From positions 945-64,944 of the IMG/VR virus record IMGVR_UViG_3300035704_000008: a DNA stretch of 64,000 bases, one strand, 5' to 3'. The translations under genes were made by a program, and so were the position numbers. The stretch comes from a virus. Taxonomy: Duplodnaviria; Caudoviricetes. Under the pieces are notes generated by a model. That model had not been told where the DNA came from and did no database searches. It worked only from the letters and a program-made list of their open reading frames with translations. Shown here one piece after another: positions 27,169 to 35,779 of the stretch (position 1 is its first letter; every line of letters begins with the position of its first letter).

Positions 27169-27795
27169 GCAGGCGAGGCGGCGCAAGGCACGGCACGGCT
27201 AGGCCGGGCGTGGCTAGGCAGTCGGGGCGCGGCGTGCCCTGGCAAGGCGAGTCGTGGTGAGGCTGGGCGTGGCGTGGCTAGGCAGGCGAGGCCAGGTGCG
27301 GCCTGGTAAGGCCCGGCGCGGCATGGCAGGCATGGCGAGGTCCGTCCCGGCGCGGCTGGGCTAGGCCGGGCGTGGCAGGCGGGGCGTGGCCCGGTGAGGC
27401 ACGGCCTGGCTGGGCCGGGCTTGGCGTGGCAGTCAAGGCACGGCTTGTCGTGGCGTGGCGTGGCTTGGCACGGCCGGGCTGGGCGCGGCAGTCAAGGTAT
27501 GGCTCGGCATGGCGTCGCGGGGCTAGGCGCGGCTAGGCAAGGCACGGCAGGCGCGGCGCGGCGGGTCCGGGTGAGGCGTGGTCGGGTTTGGCGCGGCATG
27601 GCAGTCAAGGCTCGGCTAGGCCCGGTCGGGCTGGGCGCGGCTTGGTCGGGTCAGGCAAGGCATGGCAGGCGTGGTCAGGCGCGGCGGGGTTAGGCACGGC
27701 CAGGCGAGGCGTGGTGCGGTATGGCGCGGCAGGCATGGCTGGGCGTGGCTCGGCACGTCGTGGCGGGGCCTGGCCCGGTTGGGCGTGGCTCGGCA
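27168..27795 (+). repeat. GGY-NN pentamer array: 11 units of 8-12 pentamers separated by GGCA (candidate guide-RNA array)
   Basis: Manual parse gives 116 pentamers + 12 GGCA tetramers = 628 nt, exactly spanning 27168-27795. Confidence 0.92.
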
Positions 27796-27800
27796 GGCGG

Positions 27801-29234
27801 TCACATGCGGCCGTTCAGCGTCAGCTCTTCCGCCCGCCGGGCGCTGGACGGCCGCGGCGTCGGCCTGCTCCCATCGCCGCCGCCACCCGGCGAGGTCGGA
27901 CCCACGCCGAGCCGGGGCATCGTCGGCGGCAGCGGATCAGCAGTCGCCCCCGGCGGCGTCTGCGGCAACATGTGCTGCACCGGCTGACCAGGCACCTGCG
28001 GCGGCACCGCAGCCGCTTTCAGCTGCGTCAAATCCATCGAGTCAACCGCGCTGATCGCGCTCATCGGGTCATATCCAGCCTGGTGAAGCGCCAGCAGCGC
28101 CTGCGCCCTGACCAGCGCCGCCTGGCCGCGCTCAAGCTCGCCATCGGCCAAAGCAGCGATGTCGGACGTGTCGAACCACAGCCGGTTGCCCGCCGGGACG
28201 TCCACGATCTGCGACAGAGCCCCGCACACTGACCGCCACGCCGGACGCGCCCACAGGTTCGCAAGTTTTTGCATGCTTTCCTGGTAGCCGCGGCCGGCCC
28301 CGCGCAGGGGCTCGAGGCCGACCAGGACACCCGGCACCTCGCACGCCGCCAGGATCCGCTCCGTGCCCACCGCCGACACGCCGCTGAAGTCCATCTGCGA
28401 CAGCGAGTTGCCGATGATCGTCGCGTCGGCGCCCTGGTCGAGGACGAGGGTCTTGAACGCGTTGTCGGCGCCGCCGTACCGGGCCTGCATCCGCTCCCGG
28501 ATCGCGTCCACGGTGCCCGACTGGAGCTTCTGCGCGTACTTGATCAGCAGGTTCGGGGAAGCATTATTGGTCAGGTACCGGATCTTGTACGTGGTCAGGC
28601 CGTCGTCCCCGGCGATGTCCCGGGTAATCGGCGTCAGCGGGGACATGCCGCGGAAGTCGGCCGCCGGGTCGGGGACCGGCGCCCAGTGGACGCACTCATC
28701 CGCCGGGACGAGGAACCCGTCACCCTGCTCCATCAGCGACTTCGGCGGCTCCCACCAGTAACCGACGACACGCCGGTACCGGCCGCCGCCGCCGACATGG
28801 ACCTCCTCGGACACGATCGTCGTCCAGTCCGGCCGCAGCCTGACCAGCCGGTCCTCACCGGGGGCGTCCCACACGTAGGCGTTCCCGGCCAGGAACTGGT
28901 CCTGCTCCATCCGCGCCAGCAGGTAGCCGGTCGTCGACGGGGGCCCGAACGGGACCTCCAGCTTGGCCAGGCTGGTGTTGCCGAACAGGTGCTTGTCGTC
29001 TTTGGCCTGGTACTGGAACGTCGCCTCGGAGAACAGGGCCATCCGGGCGAGGAGCGCGGCGAAGATGACCGCGTTGGACGAGCTGGCCTGCTGGGCGTAC
29101 GCGGCCAGCTGCGGCAGTACCGGTTCCCGGTCAGGGCCGGCGTAGGAGGTGGTCAGGACGGACGCGCCGGACGCCTGGCCCTCCCAGAACGTGTCCCCGT
29201 AGCGGCGCAGCAGCCGGTCAACCAGCCGCGTCAC
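27801..29234 (-). CDS. Portal protein (HK97 family)
   Basis: LAGNAYVW, LRPDW, GMSPL, YGGADNAFKTLVL, ACEVPGVLVG. Confidence 0.92.
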   Translation of the reverse strand: MTRLVDRLLRRYGDTFWEGQASGASVLTTSYAGPDREPVLPQLAAYAQQASSSNAVIFAALLARMALFSEATFQYQAKDDKHLFGNTSLAKLEVPFGPPSTTGYLLARMEQDQFLAGNAYVWDAPGEDRLVRLRPDWTTIVSEEVHVGGGGRYRRVVGYWWEPPKSLMEQGDGFLVPADECVHWAPVPDPAADFRGMSPLTPITRDIAGDDGLTTYKIRYLTNNASPNLLIKYAQKLQSGTVDAIRERMQARYGGADNAFKTLVLDQGADATIIGNSLSQMDFSGVSAVGTERILAACEVPGVLVGLEPLRGAGRGYQESMQKLANLWARPAWRSVCGALSQIVDVPAGNRLWFDTSDIAALADGELERGQAALVRAQALLALHQAGYDPMSAISAVDSMDLTQLKAAAVPPQVPGQPVQHMLPQTPPGATADPLPPTMPRLGVGPTSPGGGGDGSRPTPRPSSARRAEELTLNGRM

Positions 29235-29449
29235 CCGGCCCGCCTCGCCCGCTCGAGCACGTCATGCAGCGTCGGCACCCCGTGCACCTGCGGCTCCGCA
29301 CGGCCGCCGTCGTCGCGTAGCAGCGCGTACACGCCCACCGCGACCGAATCCGCGATGACCGCCAGGCCGAGCGCCCACGTGCCGATCAGGGCCGCGCCGC
29401 CCAGGATCCCGGCGAGAGACAGCAGCAGCAGGACCGCGGACAGCCTCAT
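29231..29449 (-). CDS. Small membrane protein upstream of portal
   Basis: Two hydrophobic helices; common position in actinophages. Confidence 0.65.
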   Translation of the reverse strand: MRLSAVLLLLSLAGILGGAALIGTWALGLAVIADSVAVGVYALLRDDGGRAEPQVHGVPTLHDVLERARRAG

Positions 29450-29498
29450 CGGTCCTCCCACGCGGTAACAACGCCCGGATTAACTGTTAATTGGCTGC

Positions 29499-30005
29499 TC
29501 AGACGGCCCAGACGCCCGGCTGCGCGAGCTCCTCCCACCGGACGAACGCCCAGCACGCACCCGTAGCCGCCACCAGCGGAGACTGATCAGTCGCCACCTT
29601 CGGATCCCACGCCTGCGCACCCGCCAGCGGCCTTTGCTCACCCGCCCGCACCGCAGCGGTAAGCGGCGGCTGGTCAAGATGAGCCATGCCCCCGCCATTG
29701 ACGAGATCCAGGAATTCCCCGTGGCCGACCGCGACATCCTGCGCCGTCAGCAAGGTCACCAGGATCCCCGCCTCGGCCAGCGGCTTCACCAGCGTCCCGG
29801 ACTGCGACTTCGGGTTCACCACGACCGCCACCGGGTCATGCTTCTCACTCAGGCCCGTCAGCCGGGCCACCGCGCCCCGCGGATGGTCATACCAGACCAG
29901 ATCCACCACGATCCGCACGCCGCCCTGCTCACGGCCCGCCGCGACGATCGCGCAATGCTTCCGGTCCTCGCTGATCGCCGCCCCGAACGCGACCTCGCCG
30001 CTCAC
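29499..30005 (-). CDS. Terminase large subunit, C-terminal nuclease-like part (separate ORF)
   Basis: AFGAAISEDRKHCAIVAAG...HLDQPPLTAAV...DQSPLVAAT; GTGA overlap with the ATPase ORF. Confidence 0.75.
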   Translation of the reverse strand: MSGEVAFGAAISEDRKHCAIVAAGREQGGVRIVVDLVWYDHPRGAVARLTGLSEKHDPVAVVVNPKSQSGTLVKPLAEAGILVTLLTAQDVAVGHGEFLDLVNGGGMAHLDQPPLTAAVRAGEQRPLAGAQAWDPKVATDQSPLVAATGACWAFVRWEELAQPGVWAV

Positions 30006-30943
30006 AGCCGCACACCCGGCGCGGCCGCCGCCGACCACGCGTCCTCACCGACCACGCCCCACCCCGGCTTCGCCACATCCGGCCACTGGCACAGGTACGC
30101 CCGCCGGAACTCGGGAAGCTCCATCAGCTCGTAATCGGCGCGCACCGTTTCCTCGCTGACCGTGATCCCTAGCGCGGGCATCCGCCGCCGCCACGTCGCC
30201 GGGTCCGCCGGGTCCTCGTCGTCGGCCGCCGAATACCCGATATAGCAGCCGTTCTCCGTCACGCCCATCTCCGCGCGGGCCCGCCCGTCATCCACCTTGC
30301 CCCGGAAATACTCCGACTGCTCCGTGCCCGCCGCGGACACCACCCACAGCTGCGCGTCGCGGGTCATCATCGCCGGGCGCATCGCCTGCTCCAGGTGGTC
30401 GTCGCGCTGCGCCCACGCCTCGTCGATCACGCCCAGGTCGAGCACGTCGCCGTGACCGGACGTCTGCGTGTTGGATACCAGGCCCAGCATGGAGCCGTTC
30501 TTGAAGATCAGCGCCTCCGACCCGGAGCCCCGGCGGATGTCGATGAACGGCGCGAGCTTGCTCCGGGCGATACGCGGCCACCACACGTCCAGGAGCCGGT
30601 GACGGGCGTCCAGCCGGGTCTGCGCCGTGTAGGCGATCTGCGTCCCCGGCCGCCGCAGGCCCCGCGCGATCATCATCGACAGCAGGTCCACCGTCTTGCC
30701 CTGCTGCCGCATCACCTCGATCACGACCTGCCGGTACGCGAACCGGCCGAGCGGGTCGAGTTCAGTCGTGATGCCGTTCGCCTCGTGCTGCCACGGCATC
30801 AGCCCAGGACCCAGCGACGTACGGAACTCAAGCAGCTCAGCGGTCTTGCTTATGCCAGCGGCCAGGTTCGGCCGGCTGGTCGCCGGGGTGCAGAACCTAG
30901 GCCTGCAGGGCGCCGAAAAGTCCCGTGAGATCGGCATCGGCAT
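30002..30943 (-). CDS. Terminase large subunit, ATPase part
   Basis: LMPWQ, VMRQQGKT (Walker A), LGVIDEAW (Walker B), VVSAAG. Confidence 0.9.
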   Translation of the reverse strand: MPMPISRDFSAPCRPRFCTPATSRPNLAAGISKTAELLEFRTSLGPGLMPWQHEANGITTELDPLGRFAYRQVVIEVMRQQGKTVDLLSMMIARGLRRPGTQIAYTAQTRLDARHRLLDVWWPRIARSKLAPFIDIRRGSGSEALIFKNGSMLGLVSNTQTSGHGDVLDLGVIDEAWAQRDDHLEQAMRPAMMTRDAQLWVVSAAGTEQSEYFRGKVDDGRARAEMGVTENGCYIGYSAADDEDPADPATWRRRMPALGITVSEETVRADYELMELPEFRRAYLCQWPDVAKPGWGVVGEDAWSAAAAPGVRL

Positions 30944-31199
30944 CCTGCTTGCCCTTCGGCATCAGCTCGAGCAGCGTCTTGCGCAGCTCCGCGCCCAGGA
31001 TCGCGTTGCCCGGGTCGGCCCGGTGCGCCTCCGCCATCCGGGCGGCCAGCTGGCGCAGCTCGGCCCGGGCGTCGGTAACCTCGCCGACGGCGACGGGAGC
31101 GGCCAGTTTCAGCGCCGCGCAGTCACGGCGGCACAGGCGGTGGTCGCCAGATGCGTGGGCGCGCTTCCGGCGCGACCGCACCGCCTCGCTGTCAGCCAT
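30897..31199 (-). CDS. Terminase small subunit (probable)
   Basis: Directly upstream of TerL; ELRQLAARM...AELRKTLLEL. Confidence 0.65.
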   Translation of the reverse strand: MADSEAVRSRRKRAHASGDHRLCRRDCAALKLAAPVAVGEVTDARAELRQLAARMAEAHRADPGNAILGAELRKTLLELMPKGKQDADADLTGLFGALQA

Positions 31200-32000
31200 T
31201 TAAAACAACGCCGCCTGTTCTCCGCCGCCCCGGTTCATCCGGCCGCAGTTGCAGCCCAGGTGAGCGGCGCGCTTGTTCCCTGCCGTATCCTCGCCGCCCT
31301 CCGATATCGGCACGACGTGGTCAATGCTCGCCGACCTCGGATGAGGCCATCTGAACGACTTCCCGATCCGCGTATGGCAGATGCCGCACCGCCAGCGGTC
31401 CCGTTCCATGATCTCGGCGTCGGTGACGCCATCCCAGGTCTCCGCACGACGCTGCCGCCGGATCCGGTCATGCTGCCTTTTTCGCGGCAGCCCGACGAGA
31501 GTGTGGCGATCGTACGGCGGCCGGGCACCGTTCTGCCACGCCCTCTTGCACGACTTCGAGCACCACCGCTGATCAGGCCGATCCCGCCGCGATGCCTGTT
31601 TCGGGACGTACGTGCATTCGCACAGGTCGCAGATGCGCGAAGCCGGGGCGCGTGGCGTCCTGCGCCTGCAATCCTGGCAGCGCCTGCGGCCGGGCGGTGC
31701 GGACGGTGCGGACGACCGGCTCACCTGGACGGTCTTCCCGCATTCCGCGCAAGTGCCGTGCCCCGCGCGGTCCGGGCTGCACAGGCTGTGATCCCCTGCT
31801 TTGTGGCGTGATAGCTCTTCTGGCGACCGGCCCGGCTTCTTTTCAGGGGCCTGCGCCCGCGACTGGGCCAGCAGGCACTTAGAGCACGTCGGCCTGCTCT
31901 TATAGGTTCTGCCGCCGCAGGATCCGCAGATCCCTCCGCGTTCCTTCGGGCCCGGCGGCGGCCGGGACATCGACCAGGCAAAAGCCCGCAGGTCGCGCAT
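31200..32000 (-). CDS. Zn-rich HNH endonuclease
   Basis: ERDRWRCGIC...SIDHVVPISEGG...NKRAAHLGCN. Confidence 0.85.
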   Translation of the reverse strand: MRDLRAFAWSMSRPPPGPKERGGICGSCGGRTYKSRPTCSKCLLAQSRAQAPEKKPGRSPEELSRHKAGDHSLCSPDRAGHGTCAECGKTVQVSRSSAPSAPPGRRRCQDCRRRTPRAPASRICDLCECTYVPKQASRRDRPDQRWCSKSCKRAWQNGARPPYDRHTLVGLPRKRQHDRIRRQRRAETWDGVTDAEIMERDRWRCGICHTRIGKSFRWPHPRSASIDHVVPISEGGEDTAGNKRAAHLGCNCGRMNRGGGEQAALF

Positions 32001-32491
32001 GAAAACTCCCAGAGATTGCGGCAGCGCCCGCTCTCTGGGAGACGAGCGCTGCCTAACCCTCAGTGATCAGCTGGGGGTTGACGCTGAGTAAATCATACCG
32101 CGCCACGTGGCGCGAGACTCTCCGTACACGCGGCAAGGCTGCGGCAGTCGGCTGGGTGTTCGAACCCAGCCGCCGATTCGAATGCCTTGCCAACTCGCAG
32201 TCCTGACCTGCGCTGTCACGGTCACCACCCTAGGGTGGTATCTGATGACCGGTCGATGGTCACTGATGACCGGGCGGGTGGTCAGGGTGGTGGCCGCTGA
32301 CCGTGGTCACTGTGGGTGGTGGCCGTGCGGGGTGGTTGGAGTCCCTCGCGGGTGGTCTGGTGGTCGCAGGTGGCAGGTGGTCAAGGCAAGCGACGGCCGG
32401 TCAGTCGATAGTCATCGCCTGTTGATCGTGTCCGTCTGTTCGCCTGCCGTATGCAGCCGTCATGTGCATAGTGCGGCCGTCATGTGCACGC

Positions 32492-32797
32492 CTACCACTG
32501 CCGTGCCTGTGCCCACGCCCGCACCCGTCCGCGCATCCGGTTGCCGCGCACCGCGCCGTCTGCCCTGTTGTGCCTGCGGCAGGACAGGCCGGGCAGGTAG
32601 CCGGTGCGGTCGGCTGTGTGCGGCAGGTCCAGGTAGCGGCGTGCCACGGACAGGGGCCAGTACGGGAGCGGCTCGCCGCCGTGGGCGCACAGGTCGCCGG
32701 GCCTGTACCTGGCTAGCCTGCGCTCACGCTCTGATTGGTGGACATGACCGTAGCCGCGAGATGTGGTCGATCCTGTCCACCGCACGCGCGCGGCCAC
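32492..32797 (-). CDS. Small divergent HNH-like packaging protein (gp74-like)
   Basis: SRGYGHVHQSER...LDLPHTADRTGY...CRRHNRADGA. Confidence 0.6.
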   Translation of the reverse strand: MAARVRWTGSTTSRGYGHVHQSERERRLARYRPGDLCAHGGEPLPYWPLSVARRYLDLPHTADRTGYLPGLSCRRHNRADGAVRGNRMRGRVRAWAQARQW

Positions 32798-32801
32798 GGG
32801 C

Positions 32802-33092
32802 TTAGCCGGCGGGCGGTGCTGCTGGCGGCGCGATGGCGGCGACGCTGCTGACAGCGGTCTGCATCGAGGCGACGGCGGTGTCGAGGCCGGACAGGTCGAG
32901 CGACGGGTTGGCGTTCTTCAGCGCGGTGATCTCGTCCTCGATGCTGGTGGCCGCGGTGCCGAGGTCGGTGACGGCCTGCTGGATGGCCTGTACGTCGGTG
33001 TTGAGGTCGTCCTGCTGACTCATGATCACGTCCAGTTTCTTGTTGATGGTGTCGAGTTGGGCGAGGAGCTGCCGGTTGGTGACCATGGTCAC
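32802..33092 (-). CDS. Coiled-coil hypothetical protein
   Basis: Heptad-rich sequence. Confidence 0.6.
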   Translation of the reverse strand: MTMVTNRQLLAQLDTINKKLDVIMSQQDDLNTDVQAIQQAVTDLGTAATSIEDEITALKNANPSLDLSGLDTAVASMQTAVSSVAAIAPPAAPPAG

Positions 33093-33325
33093 CTGGTGAT
33101 GGTGTGGCCGGGGTGGTCGCGGGCTTCGCCCATGGCGTCGCGGATCCGGTCCTCATCGGACGGATCGCGTACTGCGCGGTTGTGTTGCAGGGCGGCGGCC
33201 AGGGCGCGGCGGATGACCTCACGGTTATGCGCAGTAGCGGCGGAGGTGGGGAAGTACTGGAGTCCTGGCGGCTCGAAGATGACGTCGGCCGCGCGGTCGA
33301 CCATCTCGTCGGTGATCTCAGCCAT
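33089..33325 (-). CDS. Hypothetical protein
   Basis: ITDEMVDRAA...RRALAAAL motif. Confidence 0.55.
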   Translation of the reverse strand: MAEITDEMVDRAADVIFEPPGLQYFPTSAATAHNREVIRRALAAALQHNRAVRDPSDEDRIRDAMGEARDHPGHTITR

Positions 33326-33335
33326 GGCCGTGATC

Positions 33336-33506
33336 CTAGGGGGCGCGGTGGCCGTAGTAGCCGGCGCGGTGCCAGCCCCACACGACCTCGGCGGAGACGG
33401 CGATGAGGCCGATGATGACCAGCCACGCGACAGTGTCAGCGTGCTGGTTGGTGAGCTTCAGGATGGCCGCGACGATGCCGCAGACGAACGCGATGACAGC
33501 GAACAT
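33336..33506 (-). CDS. Small two-TM membrane protein
   Basis: Not in track; GGAGG RBS, MFAVIAFVCGIVAAIL... Confidence 0.55.
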   Translation of the reverse strand: MFAVIAFVCGIVAAILKLTNQHADTVAWLVIIGLIAVSAEVVWGWHRAGYYGHRAP

Positions 33507-33915
33507 GGGCTAATTGGCCTCCGTCGCAGTGGGCGGTGCGGGGGATCGTGTAGCGCGGCATGGTCAGGGGACCGGCGGGCCGTCGATGCACACGTCGGCC
33601 GTGACGACACCATACTCGTCGGGGCAGAGCGCGACGATGGCGCCGTTGATGGTGGTGCCGCGGCGGATGCGGACCGCGAGCAGGTCGTAGCCGTCGTCCA
33701 TGGCCATGGTTGTCCTCCGGGTGTGCGTCAGGCCCGGCACCGCCTCGGGGGCGGGGCATGTGCCGGGCCTGCTATAACGCGCCGGGCGCGGCCCGCAACG
33801 GGATGCTGGGGAGCGTGCGGGCCTGACCCGTGCGCACCGCCCACGGGGGGGATGTGGGCATGGTGCGCCAAGACCGTTGGTAACACCTAACCCATGGAGA
33901 AGTCAAGAACTGACG

Positions 33916-34749
33916 TCATGTGTCGGCAGATAACGGCATACGCCGGTCGTACATGCCATACCGGTCACGGAGCACGGCGATGTGCTCGGCGTAATAGAGG
34001 TGATGGCGGCCATCCTGTCCGGCCGGGCTGATGAGGCCCCGGCGAGCCCAGCCGTAAATCCTGTGCGTCTTAACCCCGAAGCGCCTGGCGCCTTCGGGAA
34101 CGGTGACCGTCTCATGAGAGACAAGCGGAGGCGGGGAGACGGCCGCGTGCTTCCACTGGGCCTCCGGCGCGGAGACGGTCGCCCACGACGGATCAGGATC
34201 ACCGTGCAGGCGGCGCAGCTGGCGGGCGTGCTCCAGGAGTTCCGGTGCGACACGGAAATATTCGCCCCGGCGTCTCAGGTGGCCGAACTGGCGGTGCCGC
34301 GCCTTCTCCAGGTCTTCCCCGCCGGGCTCGACGGCCAGTATCTTGTCGGGCATCAGGGCGCGGAAGCGGGTGGCTGGTTCTGTTGTGGTGCCGATCTTGA
34401 CGACATCACCCCGGCGGACGTAGTAAACGACCGAACTGCTGTCGGCAACCATGAGGGTGATCTGCACGTAGGCAGGCTGGTTGCGGCGGCTCTGGCTCGC
34501 ATCGAGCATTGCCCGCTGGTGACGGTGAGCGCCGAGTTTGGCCGCGATCTTGACCACTGCCTCGTCGATTTCCACGTCGGCGTCTGCCATCTCGCGGAGG
34601 ACGGCGATGACAGATGGCCATGCAGGGTCGGTCGTGTCGATGAGGCGCAGGAGCGCTTGATGGCTGGGACGCAGGCCGCTATCACCATCATTGATGCTGT
34701 TGGAGCGCCTGGTCTTCTGCGAGGTCCGGGCGTTGACGTAGAGTTCCAA
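33916..34749 (-). CDS. GIY-YIG/T5orf172-like domain protein with C-terminal HTH
   Basis: VYYVRRGDVVKIGTT...EKARHRQF...GEYF; then VPEGARRFGVKTHRIYGWARRG. Confidence 0.7.
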   Translation of the reverse strand: MELYVNARTSQKTRRSNSINDGDSGLRPSHQALLRLIDTTDPAWPSVIAVLREMADADVEIDEAVVKIAAKLGAHRHQRAMLDASQSRRNQPAYVQITLMVADSSSVVYYVRRGDVVKIGTTTEPATRFRALMPDKILAVEPGGEDLEKARHRQFGHLRRRGEYFRVAPELLEHARQLRRLHGDPDPSWATVSAPEAQWKHAAVSPPPLVSHETVTVPEGARRFGVKTHRIYGWARRGLISPAGQDGRHHLYYAEHIAVLRDRYGMYDRRMPLSADT

Positions 34750-34855
34750 GTTGCCGTACCGCCTAGTTCGGTGTGGCCATGCCCCCGGCCTGTTAGCCCA
34801 GGTGCGGGGGTCTTTCTATGAACATTTTACCTTGCCGGGAGCTATCCGGAGATGA

Positions 34856-34888
34856 CTCAGCCCCGGCCTGCCGAAGACCGGGGCTGAG
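34856..34888. terminator. GC-rich stem-loop after the secreted protein gene
   Basis: CTCAGCCCCGG...CCGGGGCTGAG inverted repeat. Confidence 0.55.
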
Positions 34889-34897
34889 CAGAAGCCA

Positions 34898-35710
34898 CTA
34901 CGGGCAGAACGCGTATCCGGTGCTGAGCACGTCAGCAGGGTGAGTGCACCCCACGACGGACCATTCCTCGTTCAGCTGGTCGTTCTCCGGGAACGCCAGG
35001 AGCGCGGAGCCGTCGCCGCCGCTGCCCTTGATGTCGAGGACGTACTGGGTGTTGCCCGAATGGAAGTTGCGGGACAGCGACTGGTTGACGAACAGCAGGC
35101 CGTTCGCGCCGGTCACGGGGGCCCACACCTGGTAGGCGTTGGCGTGGCCGGAGGTGACGCTGTTCTCGTCGGCCGGGGTGGTGTTGCCGCCGATGTGGAA
35201 GGTTCCGTTGGTGTTGCAGTTCCGCAGCACCGTATTCCAGCGGAGCGCGCCGCGGGGGCCGTTGTTCTTCTGGACGACGGACAGGCACAGGTCGGAGCTG
35301 TTCGCGGTGAAGCTGGTGTTCGCGGCGGGCTGGACGGTGAAGCCGGGGATCTTGCCGTCGGGGGTGTACATGGCGACGTACTTGCCGAGGTTGCCGGGGC
35401 CGCCGGTGATGGCGCCGCCGACGGCGAAGACGGTGAAGTCCTCGCGGACGCTGGACTGGGAGTCGAGGCGGACGCCGACGGGGCTGTTGAAGTAGTTTCC
35501 GGTGGCGGTGCCGGTGCCGAGGACGGCGAGGTCGAGGGTGCCGTGGCTGGCCAGGGCGGACTGGATGCCGCCGCACCCGATGGGGACGGTGGTGGCGCCA
35601 GCGGTGTGGGTGCAGGTGAGAGTGGTGGCGCTGGCCCAGGTGGCGCCGGCCAGGGCCATGGTGGCGGCGAGGATGACGCCCCCTGCGAGCGCTGTGATGC
35701 GTCTGATCAT
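34898..35710 (-). CDS. Secreted protein, possibly ricin-B lectin-like
   Basis: Signal peptide MIRRITALAGG...ASA; LCLSV...LRNC...YQVW...YVLDIKG...NEEW pattern. Confidence 0.65.
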   Translation of the reverse strand: MIRRITALAGGVILAATMALAGATWASATTLTCTHTAGATTVPIGCGGIQSALASHGTLDLAVLGTGTATGNYFNSPVGVRLDSQSSVREDFTVFAVGGAITGGPGNLGKYVAMYTPDGKIPGFTVQPAANTSFTANSSDLCLSVVQKNNGPRGALRWNTVLRNCNTNGTFHIGGNTTPADENSVTSGHANAYQVWAPVTGANGLLFVNQSLSRNFHSGNTQYVLDIKGSGGDGSALLAFPENDQLNEEWSVVGCTHPADVLSTGYAFCP

Positions 35711-35779
35711 GTTGGGCGTCTCCCGTTGTCGTCGGTTATGGTCAGTCAACCTATCGGACGCGCAGCCATGGCAGCCGGA

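Noticed and set aside
27168-27795. Array as a classical CRISPR or a simple microsatellite
   Set aside because: No 25-45 bp repeats with unique spacers. The NN positions are too diverse and the GGCA punctuation too regular for slippage. G-quadruplex formation is possible but does not explain the unit structure.
27394-28232. ORFs across the GGYNN array (27394-27693, 27588-28232, 27662-28054 and others)
   Set aside because: Low-complexity ARHG/GxAW translations produced by a 5-nt period; no RBS, and the periodicity is not codon-based.
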